Positions 21,462 through 24,000 of a DNA stretch of 24,000 nt are shown here, in pieces. The notes beneath the pieces are model-generated. The model was not told the DNA's origin, searched no databases, and saw nothing but the letters and a program-made list of their open reading frames with translations. A program made the translations under genes and the position numbers. Origin of the DNA: Erysipelotrichaceae bacterium (GTDB lineage Bacteria; Bacillota_I; Bacilli_A; Erysipelotrichales; Erysipelotrichaceae); NCBI GenBank assembly GCA_051893335.1, contig JBJFHD010000084.1, forward strand, positions 16,001 through 40,000, in the 5' to 3' direction. Each line of letters starts with the position of its first letter. Position 1 is the first letter of the stretch.

Positions 21462-22267
21462 TAAAAACACTGTTTTGCGATTTGGATTACACACTTTTGA
21501 CTGATGATAAAGAATTACTTGTAGATAATATTCTAGCAATTAATGAACTTAGGAAGTCAGGCTGTGATTTTGTTATTTGTACCGGAAGGATGCCATTTCT
21601 AATTCAAAATATAGTCTCTATATTAAGGCTTGGAACTAAAGATTTGTGCATATGTGCCAACGGAGGGGTAATATGCGATGCAAAAGGAAGAAAGCTTGCA
21701 TCTTACCCGATAGAAGCTGCTATGACTCAAAGACTTACTAAGTTGGCAAAAGAAGAACGACTTGGTTTATTTGCGTCATCACTTTCTGAAATAAAATGCA
21801 TTAATAAAGAAGTGATTGAGTCAACGAAAGTAGAGGGCCATGTCGCTTTGCAGGAATTGAGCTATCAGGAAATAAACCGGTTTATTGAACAGGATATCTA
21901 TAAGTTATCTTTAGTCAGCCCGGATTATGCTTATTTAATGAAATTGTGTGCCTCTTTTGAAAAGGAAGAGACAATATCAGCAGCTTTTTCTTCAAATTCT
22001 ACCATTGAGATTGTTAATGGTAACAGAAGTAAAGCAAGAGCAGTAAAAGACATAATGAAGATGAAAAACATCAATGAAAATGAAATAGCAGTTATTGGCG
22101 ACAATATGAATGACATTTCGATGTTTGAGTTGACAAATAATTGTTATTGTCCAAAGAACGCTACTGATGAGATAAAGAGTATGAGCAGCTATATTTCCAT
22201 AAAGACAAATAATGAAGCAGCAGTAGCAGATATCGTGTGGAACATAATTCTAAAGAAAGGAGATTAA
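21458..22267 (+). CDS. HAD-superfamily Cof-type (IIB) sugar-phosphate phosphatase
   Basis: 269 aa. Motif I is FCDLDYTLL (DxD), motif II is ICTGR, and motif IV is VIGDNMNDISMF. The start overlaps the aldolase-paralogue stop (ATGA at 21458-21461). Confidence 0.88.
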   Translation: MIKTLFCDLDYTLLTDDKELLVDNILAINELRKSGCDFVICTGRMPFLIQNIVSILRLGTKDLCICANGGVICDAKGRKLASYPIEAAMTQRLTKLAKEERLGLFASSLSEIKCINKEVIESTKVEGHVALQELSYQEINRFIEQDIYKLSLVSPDYAYLMKLCASFEKEETISAAFSSNSTIEIVNGNRSKARAVKDIMKMKNINENEIAVIGDNMNDISMFELTNNCYCPKNATDEIKSMSSYISIKTNNEAAVADIVWNIILKKGD

Positions 22268-22268
22268 C

Positions 22269-23441
22269 ATGAAAGATTTTACCTTTTTCTCTCCCACAAA
22301 ATTCTATTTTGGAAAAGGCGTTGAGAAAAATGTTGGAGTTTATTTGAAAGAATACGGAGCAAAGAAAGTAATGTTATTTCATTATGGAGCTCCATATGAA
22401 CAGCAGCTTATCGATCAAACCGTAAATTTGTTAAATGAAAATGGGATGGAATGTATCGATTTTGCGGGAATAAAGCCAAATCCTCATTGGGAAGATGCCG
22501 AAAGAGGTGCGCAGATTTGTAAAGAAGAAGGTGTCGACTTCTTACTTGCTGTTGGCGGAGGCAGTGTTATTGATACAGCAAAATATGTTTCGATAGCAGC
22601 ATGTTATCAAGGAGATACTTATAGTGATTTCTATTTAAGTAATAAGAAAATAGAGAAAACTTTACCGTTATCAGTAATAGCTACTATTGCAGGAACCGGA
22701 GCAGAAGCCTCAAATAGTTCAGTAATAACAAAAGGAGAATTAAAACGCAGTTGTAATCAAGATGTAATTAGACCAAAGATTGCGATTTTGAATCCTGAGT
22801 TAACATATACGGTACCTCCATTTCAGACTGCTTCTGGAGCAGTAGACATTATGGCTCATGTTCATGAAAGATACTTTACAAAAGACAGAGAAACATATTT
22901 AACTGATGGTTTATGTGAGGCAATCTTCAGAGCAGTAATTAAGTATTTGCCTATCGCACTTAAAGAACCAACAAATTATGAAGCAAGAGCAACATTATTG
23001 TGGGCAAGCATTATTGGTCATAATGAATCGGTTGGTGTCGGAAGAGATTTCTCTGAAAGATATGGTTTAGCCCATACAATTCAGAGTGAAATCGGAGGAA
23101 AATACAACTCAATTCATGGAGCTGGATGTGCATTGACCACTCTTGGAATGATGAAATATTGTTACAAATACGATATGGACCGATTTGAAAGATATTTTAA
23201 CCAAGTTTGGGGAATTCCAATTGATCCTTTAGATAGAGAAGGAATGATTTTAAAAGGAATTCAAATGCAGGAAGACTTCTATGTAAGTTGCGGAATTCCA
23301 GTTCATTACGCTGATTATGGCGTTAAGGAAGAAGATATCGAAGAATTAATCAGCACTATTAGAAAAGGACCTGATGGAACAATTTCAGGACTACACCTAA
23401 CTGATGATGATATGCGTGAAATATTTAAATTGATGAAATAA
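22269..23441 (+). CDS. Iron-containing (group III) alcohol dehydrogenase, BdhA/YqhD-like
   Basis: 390 aa. The GGGSVIDTAK nucleotide-binding motif is present, as are the metal-site elements AVDIMAHVHE and HG..C. RBS AAGGAG at 22257-22262. The gene starts 1 nt after the HAD stop. Confidence 0.9.
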   Translation: MKDFTFFSPTKFYFGKGVEKNVGVYLKEYGAKKVMLFHYGAPYEQQLIDQTVNLLNENGMECIDFAGIKPNPHWEDAERGAQICKEEGVDFLLAVGGGSVIDTAKYVSIAACYQGDTYSDFYLSNKKIEKTLPLSVIATIAGTGAEASNSSVITKGELKRSCNQDVIRPKIAILNPELTYTVPPFQTASGAVDIMAHVHERYFTKDRETYLTDGLCEAIFRAVIKYLPIALKEPTNYEARATLLWASIIGHNESVGVGRDFSERYGLAHTIQSEIGGKYNSIHGAGCALTTLGMMKYCYKYDMDRFERYFNQVWGIPIDPLDREGMILKGIQMQEDFYVSCGIPVHYADYGVKEEDIEELISTIRKGPDGTISGLHLTDDDMREIFKLMK

Positions 23442-23450
23442 GGAGAAAAA

Positions 23451-24000
23451 ATGAAATTATTACATATTATTGATATGGGTGCCCCTACCCAAGCAGATGA
23501 TTTAATTAATGAAAAATACCAGAATAAATATTACAAAAAACTCAAAGAAGAATATGGACTAGATGTTGATTATGTAATTGATGATTGCTTAAAAATCGGT
23601 GATTCTGATTATTCTGCTGGTTGTTTAAAGGTTGAAAAGGAAGGACCTGAATGGTGTGTACACAATGCAGAGACTTTGGAAGCAGTGAAAGATGCCAAGA
23701 TCATTTGTGTAAGTTTCTGTGGAGTTAATAAACAACTTATTGATGCTGCTGAAAATTGTAAAATGGTTGTGATTTTACGCAGTGGTAAAGAAAATGTTAA
23801 TATTGATTACTGTACCGAAAAAGGAATTAAAGTAGTCAACGCTCCGGGTAGAGTATCTGATCCGGTTGCAGATATGACTGTAGCAATGATGCTAGCTGTA
23901 ATCAGAGAAATTCAAAGACTTGATCTGCATAGACTGGAGTGGGATTATGCAAGAAAAATTAGGGTACAGCCGAAAGATAAGCCGTTGATTTCAGACATGA
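23451..24000 (+). CDS. D-isomer-specific 2-hydroxyacid dehydrogenase family protein, 3'-truncated by the window edge and not in the ORF track
   Basis: ATG at 23451 follows AGGAG (23441-23445). The frame stays open to the window end. ILRSGKENVNIDYCTEKGIKVVNAPGRVSDPVADMTVAMMLAVIREI matches the catalytic-domain pattern of PGDH/2-HADH enzymes (R.G.G.dNID......GI.V.N.PG....vAe......La..R). Confidence 0.85.
   Translation, partial: MKLLHIIDMGAPTQADDLINEKYQNKYYKKLKEEYGLDVDYVIDDCLKIGDSDYSAGCLKVEKEGPEWCVHNAETLEAVKDAKIICVSFCGVNKQLIDAAENCKMVVILRSGKENVNIDYCTEKGIKVVNAPGRVSDPVADMTVAMMLAVIREIQRLDLHRLEWDYARKIRVQPKDKPLISDM

Noticed and set aside
137-22116. Short ORFs from the six-frame track that lie inside or antisense to the large genes: 137-331, 1380-1628, 1625-1900, 4522-4746, 4746-4955, 5888-6076, 6568-6801, 7041-7229, 8873-9112, 9824-10030, 10494-10694, 11335-11532, 13275-13577, 14053-14340, 14407-14589, 15877-16095, 17609-17791, 18236-18463 and 21931-22116.
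   Set aside because: Each overlaps a much longer ORF with clear family motifs. Their translations are low-complexity or Cys/Ser/Leu-rich shadow sequence, and none has a convincing RBS. They are best explained as out-of-frame or antisense artefacts in AT-rich DNA.
1-24000. CRISPR arrays, tRNA/rRNA genes, riboswitch-like leaders and long dispersed repeats.
   Set aside because: I saw no periodic repeat-spacer structure, no cloverleaf-capable GC-rich segments and no long structured leaders upstream of any operon (all 5' UTRs are about 30-60 nt). The only repeats are the short ones listed as features.

Overview
This looks like a low-GC, Firmicutes-like chromosomal segment, with AGGAGG-type ribosome-binding sites (RBS), AT-rich intergenic regions and rho-independent terminators at the convergent gene junctions. 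I found no rRNA, tRNA, CRISPR array, transposase or integrase. Left to right: (1) the 3' part of feoB plus a 58-aa FeoB-associated Cys-rich membrane peptide that is absent from the ORF track. (2) A convergent, AT-richer 1075-aa SF1 (UvrD/helicase IV-like) helicase carrying an embedded restriction-endonuclease-like insert, two topoisomerase-type zinc ribbons and an RQC-like winged helix. (3) A membrane-tethered XRE regulator, followed by an orphan von Willebrand factor A (VWA)/CnaB surface adhesin with a non-canonical LADTG sorting signal. (4) A divergent HxlR regulator / nitroreductase pair. (5) A ~14 kb phosphosugar-type super-locus. It has a split transketolase on the minus strand, divergent from a complete eight-gene homologue set of the E. 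coli yhfZ-yhfY-yhfX-yhfW-php-yhfU-yhfT-yhfS block. To my knowledge that block has no assigned substrate or pathway. A second operon follows, encoding a class II ketose-bisphosphate aldolase, a degenerate aldolase paralogue that has lost two of its three Zn histidines, a Cof-type HAD phosphatase, an Fe-alcohol dehydrogenase and a 2-hydroxyacid dehydrogenase that runs off the window. The best candidate for an undescribed system is the yhf-type cluster and its flanking C-C bond enzymes. Within it, the small Cys-loop protein, the permease and the stand-alone PRD (PTS regulation domain) protein may form a PTS-like (sugar phosphotransferase system) module, an intrinsic terminator sits inside the operon, and the aldolase pair looks like a catalytic subunit plus pseudo-enzyme. 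All family assignments rest on motif recognition and remembered sequences, not on database searches.
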